From Phyllosticta citribraziliensis (lineage: Eukaryota): DNA of 64,000 nucleotides. The translations under genes and the position numbers were made by a program. Where the stretch lies: positions 2,046,001-2,110,000 of the forward strand of contig NW_027117344.1 in the NCBI RefSeq assembly GCF_038025025.1, given 5' to 3'. This document shows, one piece after another, positions 1 through 10,961 of this stretch; positions within the stretch are counted from its first letter, which is position 1, and every line of letters begins with the position of its first letter. The notes under the pieces were generated by a model. The model did no database searches, was not told the DNA's origin, and saw only the letters and a list, made by a program, of their open reading frames with translations.

Positions 1-1782
1 GAGGATGGCAGCAATCTATGACTGTTAGTAATTGAATGGACGAGAACGCGGTCATGACTTACATCGGGATCCCTTTGGATGCGCTCCATGGTCTGCTCCT
101 CGGTCTCGCCCTCGCGCGCCGCGAATTGTGCTTGCAACGCCTTTTGTTGCTGCTGGTCAATCTCGCGCGCATTCTTGCCACCCTCGTCGTGCCCCGAGGC
201 CTCAGCACACACGTCAAGACACTTGTTGTACTCGCGCATGGCAAAGAGTGCCTGAGCCTTGCGCAGGTAGGCACGGATGAACTTGGGGTCGCGCTTGATG
301 GCCTCGTCGCAGTCTTGGACAGCCGTGGGGAAGGCAAGCAGCTTGATGTAGCAGGCAGCGCGGTTGCTGTAACCGCGCGGGTCGTCGGGGGCACGCTTGA
401 TCATCTCGCTGTACGCAGCAACGGCCGCGGGCCAGTCGGCCTCCTTGAACTTTTGATTTCCAAGCTCACGAGCCTCCTCAGCCTTTTGAGGATCGATGTA
501 CGCCTCCCTCTCGGCCTTGATCTTGGCCTTTTCCGTTACGCGCAGCTTGGAGAGAATGTCGGGAGTGCGGTGCTCAGTAAGGGAGCGGTTGTAGTACTCG
601 ATGGCGCTGCCGAGGTCGCCCTTCTTCTCGTACGATGTACCGATACGACCAAAAGCCCTACTGGAGTCAGTAAATTTGTTGACACAGGACTAGGAGCACT
701 TACTTGGCAATGAGCTTGAAGTCAGCATGGACCTCGCGGCCGTGCTCGATGGCCTTGTTGCAAGCTTCGATACAGCCGTCGTAGTCGCCCTTTTCAAACT
801 TGGCGGCGCCGAGGTTGGTGAGGTAGGTAATGTCCTGGTACGTCTCCCAAGCCTCATTGTACTTGGCAATAGCCTCGTCAAACTTCCTCTGCTTGTAGAG
901 TTGTGTTCCCTCGGCCTTGATGGCATCAGCCTTGGCCTTGGCCTCCTTCTTTGCTTTGGCCTCCTCGTCTTCAGACTCAGGCTCCGGTTCGGGCTCGGGC
1001 TCGGGCTGCTTCTTCGGCTCCGCAGGCTTAGCGTCAGGCATGGGCACGTCTTCATCCTGCTCTTTCCTGTGCACCTCCTGCGCACCCTCAGGCGGCTGGC
1101 CAAATGACATGTCGATACCCAGAAGCACGCTCATGACTTGTAGGAAACGAGGATCGCTCATCGCCGCGCCAGCGCTCTGGGGGTTTTGCTTGATGGTCTG
1201 CAGCTTCTGCATGAATTCTTGGTCGGCGAGGAGCGACGATGTCTTGGGGTTCGCGGCAAGCTTCTGGAAGAGCGCAGGGTCGTTGAACATGTTTCCGAAT
1301 CCGCCAGAGGGATCGTTGTGTTCCTCGTTCTCAATGGCACGCTTGACGGCGTCGAGGCCAGACTTGGCTTGCGCGTTGGTGGGTTCCAGCTTGAGCGCGT
1401 GCTCAAAAGCATCAACAGCAGTTACTGCTCCCGTCAGTACCATGTTGTGCGTCTCTCAAGAGTGTAGACTCACCCAAATCACCCTTTCCATGGAGCGCAG
1501 AGCCTTTGCGGCTCCAGCCTTTGGCCCAGTCGGGCTTGAGTTCCGTCGTCTTTTCGGCATCCTGGTACGCGTGTTCAAAGTCCTTCATGGAGGCGAAGCA
1601 TCCGGAGCGGTTCGAGTAGAGGACATGGTTCTGAGGGTCGAGTTGGATTGCTTGGGTAAACTTGTCACTGCGCACGCGTCAGTAAGGTTTGGCGGGGCAT
1701 GACGAAATTGCACGTACATTGCCTCGGGGAACTTCTTTTCGGCAAAGAGCTTGTTGCCCTCGGCCTTGAGCGCGTCGGCCAT
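1..1782 (-). CDS. STI1: Hsp70/Hsp90 co-chaperone Sti1/Hop (TPR-DP protein); runs off the window start
   Basis: Spliced exons 1782-1718, 1667-1474, 1424-704, 657-63 and 15-<1 with GT..AG introns. Translation [13 protein letters not shown]..., TPR repeats ([19 protein letters not shown]) and DP motifs (DPRF, RIQRDPD/IAAIL). Confidence 0.95.
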
Positions 1783-1922
1783 GTTTAAGTCGTGGGGTGG
1801 AGAGCTTGTTGGCGATGTAATTGGAGATGGTTCTGAGCAATGTGAACACCGAGATGCGAACTAAGAGGGTGAGAGCTCGGTGGAGTTTATGACCAAATCC
1901 TGGTACCGGCGAATCGCCAGCC

Positions 1923-1942
1923 AGAAAGCTCTAGAAGGCTCG
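1923..1942. promoter_or_regulatory. Imperfect heat-shock element upstream of STI1
   Basis: aGAAagCTCtaGAAggCTCg: four nGAAn-phased units, two perfect, about 140 nt upstream of the STI1 ATG. Confidence 0.55.
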
Positions 1943-3754
1943 GATCATCGATACCCCGCGTCCGTGCTCGCGAGTCAGGTCAGCCGCGCGAGCGAAGATC
2001 CTTGGAGCTCAACACCATCGTCCCTTTCGACCTTTTCTATTTTTGACATCCCATGTCCGACGCCGCCTTTCGACCATTTTCGTCTCCCCCAGTGCAGCAA
2101 CGAATCAACGATGGACAGAGCCACAGATGGGCGTGATTGCATCGAGCCAGAAAAGTCTGCGTCAGACAGTAGGTTCTTCGCAGCGTCTGTTTCCTCGACA
2201 TATCTTCAGCCCTTTTCCTGCCTGGTTGATGCAATCCCGACATTTCCATCAATGGTCACATCTCTTATTCCAAGAACACTTCAGTCTCAAAGTTACGCCT
2301 CCGCACGAGACAGAGACACTTGATTCGAAATGTCTCTGCTCGTTGCCCGATTGAGAGCTTGAATTAAGACGACGTGTTGAATCCGTCATGGACCGCCGAT
2401 ATCGTGCATAGGATCCAGTTTGCCACAGCCATACGGAGCCCATCCAACGAAAAACACGTTCCGAGTCGACAACAAACTTGGTCTCCAAAGTTGCACATTT
2501 GTTGCGGTGTGCCCAGATCGTGAGACAGACAATTGCACTGTTCGTTCGCCCTTGTAGTCAACAGTGTCGATGCCCTCTTGGCTCATGAAAACCTCTAATT
2601 CCGTCTCGCGAAAGACGAGAATAGTACGTGGCCGCGAGTATCTGCACTTGCAGAAAAGACCGACGCGGCTGAAAGGAGAGCCGCAGCACTACACGTGATG
2701 GAGGGCGATTGGTCCAGCCCAAGGCCGGAGTGAATTGTTGCACGAGCTGACAGGTGGTTAGATGCTGACGTTGGTGCCTGGCGCCCTGCCAAGGACGGCT
2801 GGAGAGCGCTTTGTTGGACATGGTAGAACCCCATGTGGAATTCGCCGACCATGGCATCTTTGGCCCATGTTGGCCAATGGCGCAGCAATGCATGAACGGA
2901 CCGGCGAGCCGCAGGGGGCGGAGACAAATGCCGACGTGTGCTCGTGGTGATAGTCGGGAGTGCAAAAGTCGGAGGCTGGGGGCTGGCGAGGCTTGCAGTG
3001 CAGTGACGGATGCAAGCTGCGGGAGAGATGGGCTTCGACTGGCCAGAGTCGTCCATCAGCCCTGTCGGTGCATTTCCAGACGACGACGCTGCAATAGCTC
3101 AGAAGAGGAGGACTTGGACGTCAGTCTATCAGCTGGGCAGCATGACGGGGAAACGAAGGCCGCAGGACAAGGGTGCTGCTGTTGGCAAACCCCGCACGAC
3201 AATTGGCCCACGCCCCCGTCCTCTTCCTGTGGCATCCGCCTTGATTCCTCTCTTCACCTCTGCGTCTCGTCCAGGTCGTCTCCACCCGAGCCCGTCATTG
3301 CGTGTCGTCCAGTCTGGCACCGCAGCCTGAACCTGGGACCGTTTGGCGACTCGGCCCGCCCCCAACCAAGCTCCCTCCCGCGACCATCCGACCCGTACGC
3401 CAATCAACGCCGCCTCCCGCTACCCCAATACCACCTCTCCCGCCCGTCAGACTTGCCCGAGCACGCGTTTCAGATAACTTTTAGCCCCGTACTCTCGACT
3501 TCTTGCCCGACCTGCCCCTGCCACAGCTCTGCTTGCGCTCGTTGCTTTCTTTTTCTTTCCAGCTTCTTTCATCATCTCGTTGGAACATCGCCAAATTCTC
3601 GAGTCCATCGACGCCGCCTATTCGACTCGATGCGAATGACTGCCGCAACAAGTCCCCGGAGGCCACATCTCGCTCGTCCGGGCTTTCGACGTCAAGGCTG
3701 TAAAGCGCCGTTGTACTGAGGACAAGAGACGCTCGACCTTGCGCCTCGTCTGCC

Positions 3755-6700
3755 ATGCCGTCCGCCCAGCTCGCCGCAAGCGCCAACGGCGTCCTGGAGC
3801 GCTCATCTCGAGATTCGTCTCTTTTTCGAGCTCACAAGCCACTCTCTAGGAAAGGTGACTTTTTGCGCTTGCCCGGCGCATTTCCTCAGACGACTTCTTG
3901 GAACGACGATTCCTGCACAGACTTCAGCGACGACTCGACCCCAATCGGCTCCCCCTTGCAAAATGGACCAGAGTCTGGTCTGCCACCGACCCCACCGTCC
4001 CACGAAACACAACGGCCTCCTAGCGCAGTTGATGTGACCGACGGCGTCGTGGCGAAAAGACCCTCCTTGCGCACTCCCATAAATCAAAGAAGTCCCCCTA
4101 CTCCCGAACCAAGTCCACCGCGACGCCCCGAGTACCCACAGGCAAAGCTCCAGCCACCTCCCACCTTGCGCTACCCTTCGTCTCGAGCAGAATCTTTTAC
4201 CACGGCCAAAAGTCATTTGGGATCCGATGACGACGTTTCCCTGGGATCCTACTACGACGCATTGACTCCGGTCCAGCAGATTGTCATCAAGGCAAAGCAG
4301 ACTCAGGACATGAGCTTCGGGTTGGGGTTACATCTTGAGGCGGGAGACGATGTGACTCCAACGGAACGTAACCCTTTCGGGCGGTCGTCCAATAACACGT
4401 GGGAAACAAGCAATGGCGGGACTCTGAAGAATGGAACAGTACGGCCCCTTGCATCCCGGCCGCCTCATTCTATTTCTGTAACAAAGAGAGGGCAAAATCC
4501 GCGCGAACACGAAGATGGGAAACGGCTGTCAAAGAGCCCAGGGCTGGAAAAGTTTGCACGCGAGATTGGTTGGACCAGTGATGCCTTGGATGACACCACA
4601 GACTCCAAGCGCCTTTCGAGCACTTCAACCACCTCTACAGTTGTGGAGGCTGTCGTGGTTTCTACTTCAACCGACCAGAAGCGACAACTTCGTCATGCTG
4701 GGAAGAACTTGGCTTTTCGGCATACCAGTGACACGACGGCTGATCGTCCGTCCCCTCGTCGGTCACACCGCATGCCTGTAAATGGAGTGGATCATACCCA
4801 TCGTCTATTACACCACTATGACCGGATACCTGACAGGAAGCGGGACAGCCTAGGGACAGCCTTGCCCACTGAAGCAGTTTCTAGACACGACACGATTTCG
4901 ACAAATTCCAGCACCGCCACGGTCAGGGCCTTGGACGATGTGGTTAAAAGCGAAAAGCAGTCCAAACTGGGAGCAGATGAAAATGGCTCCCCCGGCTACT
5001 TTGACGTACCCAAAAGACGGTTGAAGAGGGCTGCAAATGGAGATTCGCCCATCTCAAAGCAGGCCGAAGCTCCACAAGACCGCCGAATTTTCACAGCACC
5101 AGCCATTGTAAATCGTCACAACCAACGGGTAACTTTGCAATATTCTCCAAAGGAGCATTCTCACGAAAGCTTTCGGCGTTCCTACGAAGGATTTCGACGG
5201 ATTTCAGACGACGCTTCGGACAGGTCTTTGCAGTCTACTCCATCTCCCGACAATTCGAGATTTGTGCCCTCGCCTCCCGCTAGCAAGGCAGCCAGGAAGC
5301 TATTGCAGGAGCAGGCTACAGATGCAGTCAAGCCTCTCCCACAGCCTGGCCCAACAGAATTTCTGACTCCTGATCGAGCCAGAAAGGCTGAAAGCGTCAA
5401 ATCACGTGCGAGTGACCGCACGGAAGACATTCGTCGTCCAAGTATGGACCACGACCGAACCTCGCCTGTCTTTCTGCACACTGGGCGCACCAGCTTTGAT
5501 CGAGCGACCCTCTATACCTCACGGTATCGGGATGCCTCACAAACTCCCTATTCGCAGCACTCGCAAGTTTCGGGGGTTTCTGATGGTCTCGAAGTTCACG
5601 AGGCGACGGCTATGGCGATATATCCGCACAACAACAACAGTCTGGTCGTCGTTCAACAAGTCGCCCGCGATGGCTCCCTTTCCAGCAGTGGCAACCAGAC
5701 TTTTACGACCGCCGGTCCGTCCATGTCACAAGCAAATCTTTTTGGTAACTCTCTGTCTCCTCCTGCATTAATGTTCAACGACAAACCACTGCCAATCCCG
5801 AAAGAAGAACCGCCGACCCCACCCATCTTAATGTTCAACGACAAGCCACTACCAACTCCGCGAAAATTCGACGATGATGATGATGCACTCGACTTTGCTC
5901 TGGAAAATCCCCGCACGCCTCCTTTGCCCCCAGCACTCAACGTCATCCCGCCAACACCCCATAATGATAACGAGAGCGACTCCAAAGATCCTGACAGGCC
6001 GAGCCGTCGCCAATCCTTGACGAAAAAGGCGAGGCGCTATTCGGACAGTTTGATACAACCCGTCTTGGAGCGGACTGCAACGATCACCAAGCGGATGAAC
6101 ATTACCTTGCCCCAAAGACGACAGTCGCTCTCGGGCAAAGATGTCCTTGAGAAACAAAATGCTCTCCATCCTTTTTGGCGTCCACGCGGCTTTTGGGATG
6201 ACTTTGCCAGCGATTCAGATGAAGATTATGACAATATTGACGCAATGCCCATTGGTCGCTTGCCCAAGGGAGGCGACACGAGCAATGTCGGAGCCGAAGA
6301 AACTCAGCGCCAACGCATCGCGGCTCTTGGTCGCCGCCTTACCAATGGTTTCAAGGGCAGTGGAGGCTTCTTGATTGGCAACAGTCTCGGTGTTGAACGC
6401 GCTGGGAGCAATGCTCGTCGGCACCACATCCAACTGCCCTCGGTTCCCATGGCTGACGTTCGTGCTGGACTACGCAGCGGATTGGTAAAGACCAGCACCG
6501 GCCTCGGCCGCGCCAAAGCGACCACTCTGGAGCGTGCGGGCGTCCTGGCTCGTCGCATTGGGCGCTTTGAAGGTCGGATTATGAAGCAGCGCTCGCAGGC
6601 CACACTACGCCACAACGTCCACCAACCCGACAACACGGCCGTGACCAACATCACTTCGACCACAAGTCCACCACCACAGCCTCCCAACAACGACCATGAC

Positions 6701-7345
6701 GCCGCCCTTGTTGACGCCGCAGACCACCGCCCCACTGTCATCACAACCATTACGACCAGCTCTCCCCACGCCAAGGCTACTCCAACGTTGCGTACTGAGT
6801 CGTCGATCGATCTTGCATTGTCGGGCGGCGCTGGTGGCGTGTCGCGCTTCAGCACGGCATCCACTTCGACCGCCACTGCGGGGCCAGTGCAGACAGATGA
6901 AGTCGACATTGAGCAGCAGTACGAAGACTTTCGTCGGGCTCGCGAGCAGGCGCGGCAAAAGTGGCACGCATACCACGACCGCAAAAATAAATTCAAGGAT
7001 CCGGAGAGGGGTCGCTCCGCTGTAGCTACTGGGGCCTCGACCTCTGATACCGCAGGGGCGACTGCAGCCAATGATTCTGCTCCGGGTGGTACGCGCCGCA
7101 GACGCAGCCTCTCCCTTCCTGGCACGAGGTGGGGTGTCGAGTACGTTGGCCTGACGGGTCTGCGCGAGAAGCTTGCAGAAGCGCGATCGGAGAGGCGGAG
7201 AGACCGTTTGAGGGGCAGTATTCGCGTGAGGCCCGTGGAGCGCGAGGGAAGCGGGAGCAGTCACGGCGGGAGAGATTCACTGGGCTGGGGCTCCGTTTGG
7301 GGTGCCGGTGGAGGAGCAGCCGGTGGCACAAGTGCGACGCGTTGA
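3755..7345 (+). CDS. Large S/P/R-rich, likely disordered hypothetical protein (1196 aa)
   Basis: Uninterrupted 3.6-kb ORF with good start context (gccATGc). Short aromatic motif LHPFWRPRGFWDDF; no recognisable catalytic domain. Confidence 0.8.
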   Translation: MPSAQLAASANGVLERSSRDSSLFRAHKPLSRKGDFLRLPGAFPQTTSWNDDSCTDFSDDSTPIGSPLQNGPESGLPPTPPSHETQRPPSAVDVTDGVVAKRPSLRTPINQRSPPTPEPSPPRRPEYPQAKLQPPPTLRYPSSRAESFTTAKSHLGSDDDVSLGSYYDALTPVQQIVIKAKQTQDMSFGLGLHLEAGDDVTPTERNPFGRSSNNTWETSNGGTLKNGTVRPLASRPPHSISVTKRGQNPREHEDGKRLSKSPGLEKFAREIGWTSDALDDTTDSKRLSSTSTTSTVVEAVVVSTSTDQKRQLRHAGKNLAFRHTSDTTADRPSPRRSHRMPVNGVDHTHRLLHHYDRIPDRKRDSLGTALPTEAVSRHDTISTNSSTATVRALDDVVKSEKQSKLGADENGSPGYFDVPKRRLKRAANGDSPISKQAEAPQDRRIFTAPAIVNRHNQRVTLQYSPKEHSHESFRRSYEGFRRISDDASDRSLQSTPSPDNSRFVPSPPASKAARKLLQEQATDAVKPLPQPGPTEFLTPDRARKAESVKSRASDRTEDIRRPSMDHDRTSPVFLHTGRTSFDRATLYTSRYRDASQTPYSQHSQVSGVSDGLEVHEATAMAIYPHNNNSLVVVQQVARDGSLSSSGNQTFTTAGPSMSQANLFGNSLSPPALMFNDKPLPIPKEEPPTPPILMFNDKPLPTPRKFDDDDDALDFALENPRTPPLPPALNVIPPTPHNDNESDSKDPDRPSRRQSLTKKARRYSDSLIQPVLERTATITKRMNITLPQRRQSLSGKDVLEKQNALHPFWRPRGFWDDFASDSDEDYDNIDAMPIGRLPKGGDTSNVGAEETQRQRIAALGRRLTNGFKGSGGFLIGNSLGVERAGSNARRHHIQLPSVPMADVRAGLRSGLVKTSTGLGRAKATTLERAGVLARRIGRFEGRIMKQRSQATLRHNVHQPDNTAVTNITSTTSPPPQPPNNDHDAALVDAADHRPTVITTITTSSPHAKATPTLRTESSIDLALSGGAGGVSRFSTASTSTATAGPVQTDEVDIEQQYEDFRRAREQARQKWHAYHDRKNKFKDPERGRSAVATGASTSDTAGATAANDSAPGGTRRRRSLSLPGTRWGVEYVGLTGLREKLAEARSERRRDRLRGSIRVRPVEREGSGSSHGGRDSLGWGSVWGAGGGAAGGTSATR
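5761..5860 (+). repeat. 60-nt-period tandem duplication encoding LMFNDKPLP twice
   Basis: ttaatgttcaacgacaa(a/g)ccact at 5768 and 5828. Confidence 0.85.
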
Positions 7346-8068
7346 GGTAGGTTTGACGTGAGGATCTTTTCCATCTTGTTTCGATTGTTCGCAACACAGC
7401 GCTGGGTGCAGCAACGACGATACGACGACACGACTTACGACGGCTGGCTGTTTCTCTTCTCATGGCTTTTTTCGCATCTTGTCTTTCCAACTTCACCCGT
7501 CTGTCTTCTAATATAGGTATTGCTTTTTGCATCTTTTCCAAGCGTCTGGTTTTGCGAATACGCCTCGATGAATGCAACGACGAGTTTCGACTTTAGTGAT
7601 GACATCACGGCGGAAAAGCAAGCAGGGGGTGAACGGGTGAACCCATGCATCTTGTCTTGGCAGGGGATGATGTTTGACAAATGACGGCTGTCCATTTCTT
7701 ATAGCTGACGGCTGTAAGTCATTTTGTACGCAATTCCCAATGAACATGTGCAGAAAAACAAACGCAAGGCGACAAGGAATCAATGCATATCCCGGCGTCT
7801 TCCGCAAAGTCTATTGTCTATCAAAAATGCCGCACAACGCGCGCCCCGTCGGCCTTTTTGCGAAGCTTTTCGCGCGCTGTTGGCAAGGAAACACGCGTCC
7901 GCGACGCGCTCACCTCCTCACCTCAAACTTAGTAGCACCGCGTCGCTAGACTTGCGTCCAGGTCACACAAACTTTGCAATTGTTGAGACCGTTATATCGA
8001 TCTTGCTCTCTTCTGTTTCCGCGGCCCTTTTTCTCAGTCCATCTGTTTTGGAAGACGTGACGTTCGTG

Positions 8069-10012
8069 ATGAGGAAAGTTGATTCGTACAGGCCGCTGTC
8101 GCCTTCGCGTTCCGGATCGGGCAGGGCGACGCCGTCGACCTACGACAGCGCCGACGACGACGCGTGGAGGCGGGGCGACTGCACCATCCGAGGAGCATCC
8201 ATGGCACGCACGCCGTCCCACGAGGAAGAGGACAGAGCCATCCCTCCGACGAAAAACGACAGAAAAGACAGCGGCGTACACTTCGACAACCACGACGTGC
8301 AGAAGAAGTGGAAGGCGCGACAGAATTTCAACTTCAAGAGCCTCATCAAAGTGCCGGCGCCAAAGGCTCCGAAGGAATGGCCCCCGAAGCAATGGCCAAA
8401 TGTGGAAAGGTGAGTCGATCGATGATGCTGTCTGTTTGGGCGGCTGGAGACGTTGATGCGTGCGTTGTCTAGCTGGCGGAAGGACTGCCCTCGTTGCGGT
8501 GGCATACGTCACACGGCCGTCGCGCAACAATGCAATCGGCTTTGTCGGCTTTGCGGTACTTTTCAGCACATTGGAGGTCGGTGTCCGCGAAACAGAGATG
8601 GGAATAACAGGAACGAAAAGAGTCCAGGGAATGGGACTCACAACGGAGACCTTGAAAAGAAAAGGGACCTGTTTCCTGAGAGGGTTACCAAAGCTGAGCC
8701 CGTGGAGAAGAGACAGGACCAGAAGGTGATCAACCATTCGTTCGTGGAGAAGAGACAAGACGAGAAGAAGGTTGCCAAACCTACTCTCGTGGAGAGGAAA
8801 CATGATGCGAAGAAAGTGGTCAATCCTACACTCGTGGAGAAGAGACATGATGAGAAGAAAGTGGTCAAACCTACTCTCGTCGAGAAGAGACTCAATGACG
8901 GGAACCACGGTAGAGACATGGAGCTCGACGAGCCTTGGAGAAACTTCTCGTTCAAGTTGGGGGCGACGGATCAAAAATTGATAACACCCACGCTCAGCAA
9001 CGCGGCCCAGAATGAAGGAATGCATCGAGACAGCGGGGACTATGGCGGTAGGTCAACGGCCAGCAGAACAGATTCTGTGTCTGAACGACGGAGCTCTACA
9101 AGATGGGATGTTCGTCCCAAAGACGACTGGGACCAGTCCAATCGACTAACTCCCATTGACTTTGGCAATGACGACCGACGCCAATCTGGTCGACTGACTC
9201 CTGTCGACTTTGGAAACAATGACCGGAGCCAGGCCAATCGACTGGGACCACCCTTCGAATATGGAGACAATGATCGCGGTCGGTTCAGCCAAACGCCTCA
9301 CATGGACCATCATCAGCACAGGGGTTGGGAGGAGCCTCCCCTAAGATCGCGCGCGGACCAAGACATCGACATGGCGTACCGACGAGACGACGGAAGCCTC
9401 CCAGATCTGCGCACCGAGAACGAGCAGCTGCGCTCCAACTGCGACAACTTCCGCACGCGCAGCGAAAAGCTCTTCTCGCAAAACCTGACGCTCCTCCGCG
9501 ACCGCGAGATGCTGCGGCGGCAGCTGGAATTGGTGGGCATGGAAAAGAGGCGACAAGCCACCACCGCAACCTCCACCACAAACCCCAACTGCTTCGACCC
9601 TTCGTTTTGGCTGCGCCAGATGCAGATGGCGGAGCTGGAACGGATGCGGGCTGCCAGTTTCGACGCGTCGGCGTCGCTGCGTCAGCAGCAGCTCGAGATG
9701 GCTGAGGCGGAGAAGAGGCGGTCGAACGATTCGGACGCTTCGCCGCAAATGCGAAAGGCGGATGTCGGAGACATGAAGGATAGAATGGCGAGGAACCCTG
9801 ATAATCCTTTTGCGCTGCGCCAACAGCAGCAGCATGACATGGCCGGGATGGAGCAACGACCGGCAAACGGTTTCGACATGGCCCTCCCCGTGATGATGCC
9901 CCCCATGTCTTTGCCCGGCATGCCGTTTGGCGCTGCTTTTGCTCCTCCCCAGTTTCATCCGCTCGAGATGGATCGCTCGTGGCTGGGTGGTGGCTTTCAT
10001 TATCCGATGTAA
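8069..10012 (+). CDS. Hypothetical protein with CCHC zinc knuckles, peptide tandem repeats and a coiled coil
   Basis: ATG 8069; intron 8410-8472 (GTGAGT..TAG) joins the 7724 and 8453 ORF frames in phase. Motifs CPRCGGIRHTAVAQQC and CRLCGTFQHIGGRC (C-x2-C-x4-H-x4-C). Confidence 0.75.
8701..8890 (+). repeat. About 4.3 copies of a 42-45-nt coding repeat (VEKRHDEKKVVKPTL-like)
   Basis: Units begin cgt(g/c)gaga at 8701, 8743, 8788, 8833 and 8878. Confidence 0.9.
9133..9276 (+). repeat. Three copies of a 48-nt coding repeat (QSNRLTPIDFGNDDRR-like)
   Basis: Units begin at 9133, 9181 and 9229. Confidence 0.85.
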
Positions 10013-10824
10013 ACGTTCCCTTGGCAGGATCCTCAAGTTGTGCAGTCTCTTGCTGGATTTCGTGTCTCTTTGCTGCGGAGTGGGCTTCTTGTAGGTGAGT
10101 TGGGAGTAGAGTTGTGTCAGGCCGGCTTTGGGCTGCACCTCCTGTGTTCTTCTGGGTTCTGGCACAGTACTTCAGTCCAAACTCATTTACCTGATGAACA
10201 AGTACCCTGTGCCATGTCATAACTGAATGAGCAGCAACAGGCTCCCATTTGTTTATTGTCCTGCAGCCCCACGCGCCTGTCGGTCAAGCATTTTCCAGGC
10301 TCTTCGCAACCGTAACTGACAACCTCACCTTCACACCCCGCGATACGACCTGCCATCGCTCCAAAGCCGCCGCTTCCCGTCTCACACACTAAAAGACAAA
10401 AACAAACATCACTCATAGACACCAAAGACAAAAAAGAATGCATATACTGCCCCAATAGGGCCGGTACAGCGATCAATTCGCCCAGGGCAAAGACTGCACT
10501 GGACAGCAACAGTACCGGGAAACAGGTGACAGACGGCACAACACCACCGAGGGGTGTGGGGCCTTTGCTATGCGACTGACAGTTGACAAGCGCGGCACGG
10601 CGCAAAAGCCAGGCTTGCCTTGAGGTAGTCGCGACACTACTGTTTGCTGAGTCACTCACTCGCTGTATCGAGCGAGCAGAAATTTTCCTCGTCGCTTCCT
10701 TGACGGGAAGGACGTGTCACGATAGCAGCAATCATGGATGCTGACAGCGCGACGCGGCGCGACACTGCGTAGCGATCGAAGCGCAAGAAAAGAATCCACA
10801 CCGACAAAGCGAGCTGTCAAAGAC

Positions 10825-10830
10825 AAAAAA
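10825..10830 (-). terminator. RNA polymerase III oligo-T terminator of the tRNA-Asp gene
   Basis: TTTTTT on the minus strand, 17 nt downstream of the discriminator base and preceded by TTTC. Confidence 0.8.
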
Positions 10831-10860
10831 GAAAGGATCATTGAATCTCTCCGACGGGGA

Positions 10861-10923
10861 CTGCGTGTGCTGTTAGTGAAACTGCGCCGGACAAACACCT
10901 TGAGTGGAGGGGCGGCTACTTAC
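10861..10923 (-). other. Spliceosomal (U2-type) intron, 63 nt, inside the tRNA T-loop between positions 59 and 60
   Basis: 5' GTAAGT (10923-10918), branch site CACTAAC (10878-10872), 3' CAG (10863-10861). Exact removal restores GGTTCGATTCCCC. Confidence 0.88.
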
Positions 10924-10944
10924 ATCGAACCCCGGTCTCCCGCG

Positions 10945-10961
10945 CTTGCAAGACACTGTCA
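10945..10961 (-). other. Canonical tRNA (TSEN-type) intron, 17 nt, after position 37
   Basis: TGACAGTGTCTTGCAAG lies one base 3' of the anticodon; its TGACA is complementary to the TGTCA of the anticodon loop. Confidence 0.88.

Noticed and set aside
36..1702. Long plus-strand ORFs (225, 126 and 261 aa)
   Set aside because: Antisense shadows of the codon-biased STI1 CDS. Similar shadows lie over the GH79, FLC, FRE, RRP43 and SUB2 genes.
8701..8890. CRISPR-like or RiPP/KEP precursor array
   Set aside because: The units are degenerate in-frame coding repeats with no unique spacers. There is no signal peptide and no DUF3328 or other tailoring gene nearby.
10774..10782. GATCGAAGC as a substitute downstream B-box for the split tRNA
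   Set aside because: A short degenerate match in the opposite orientation, readily expected by chance; not supportable without ChIP.
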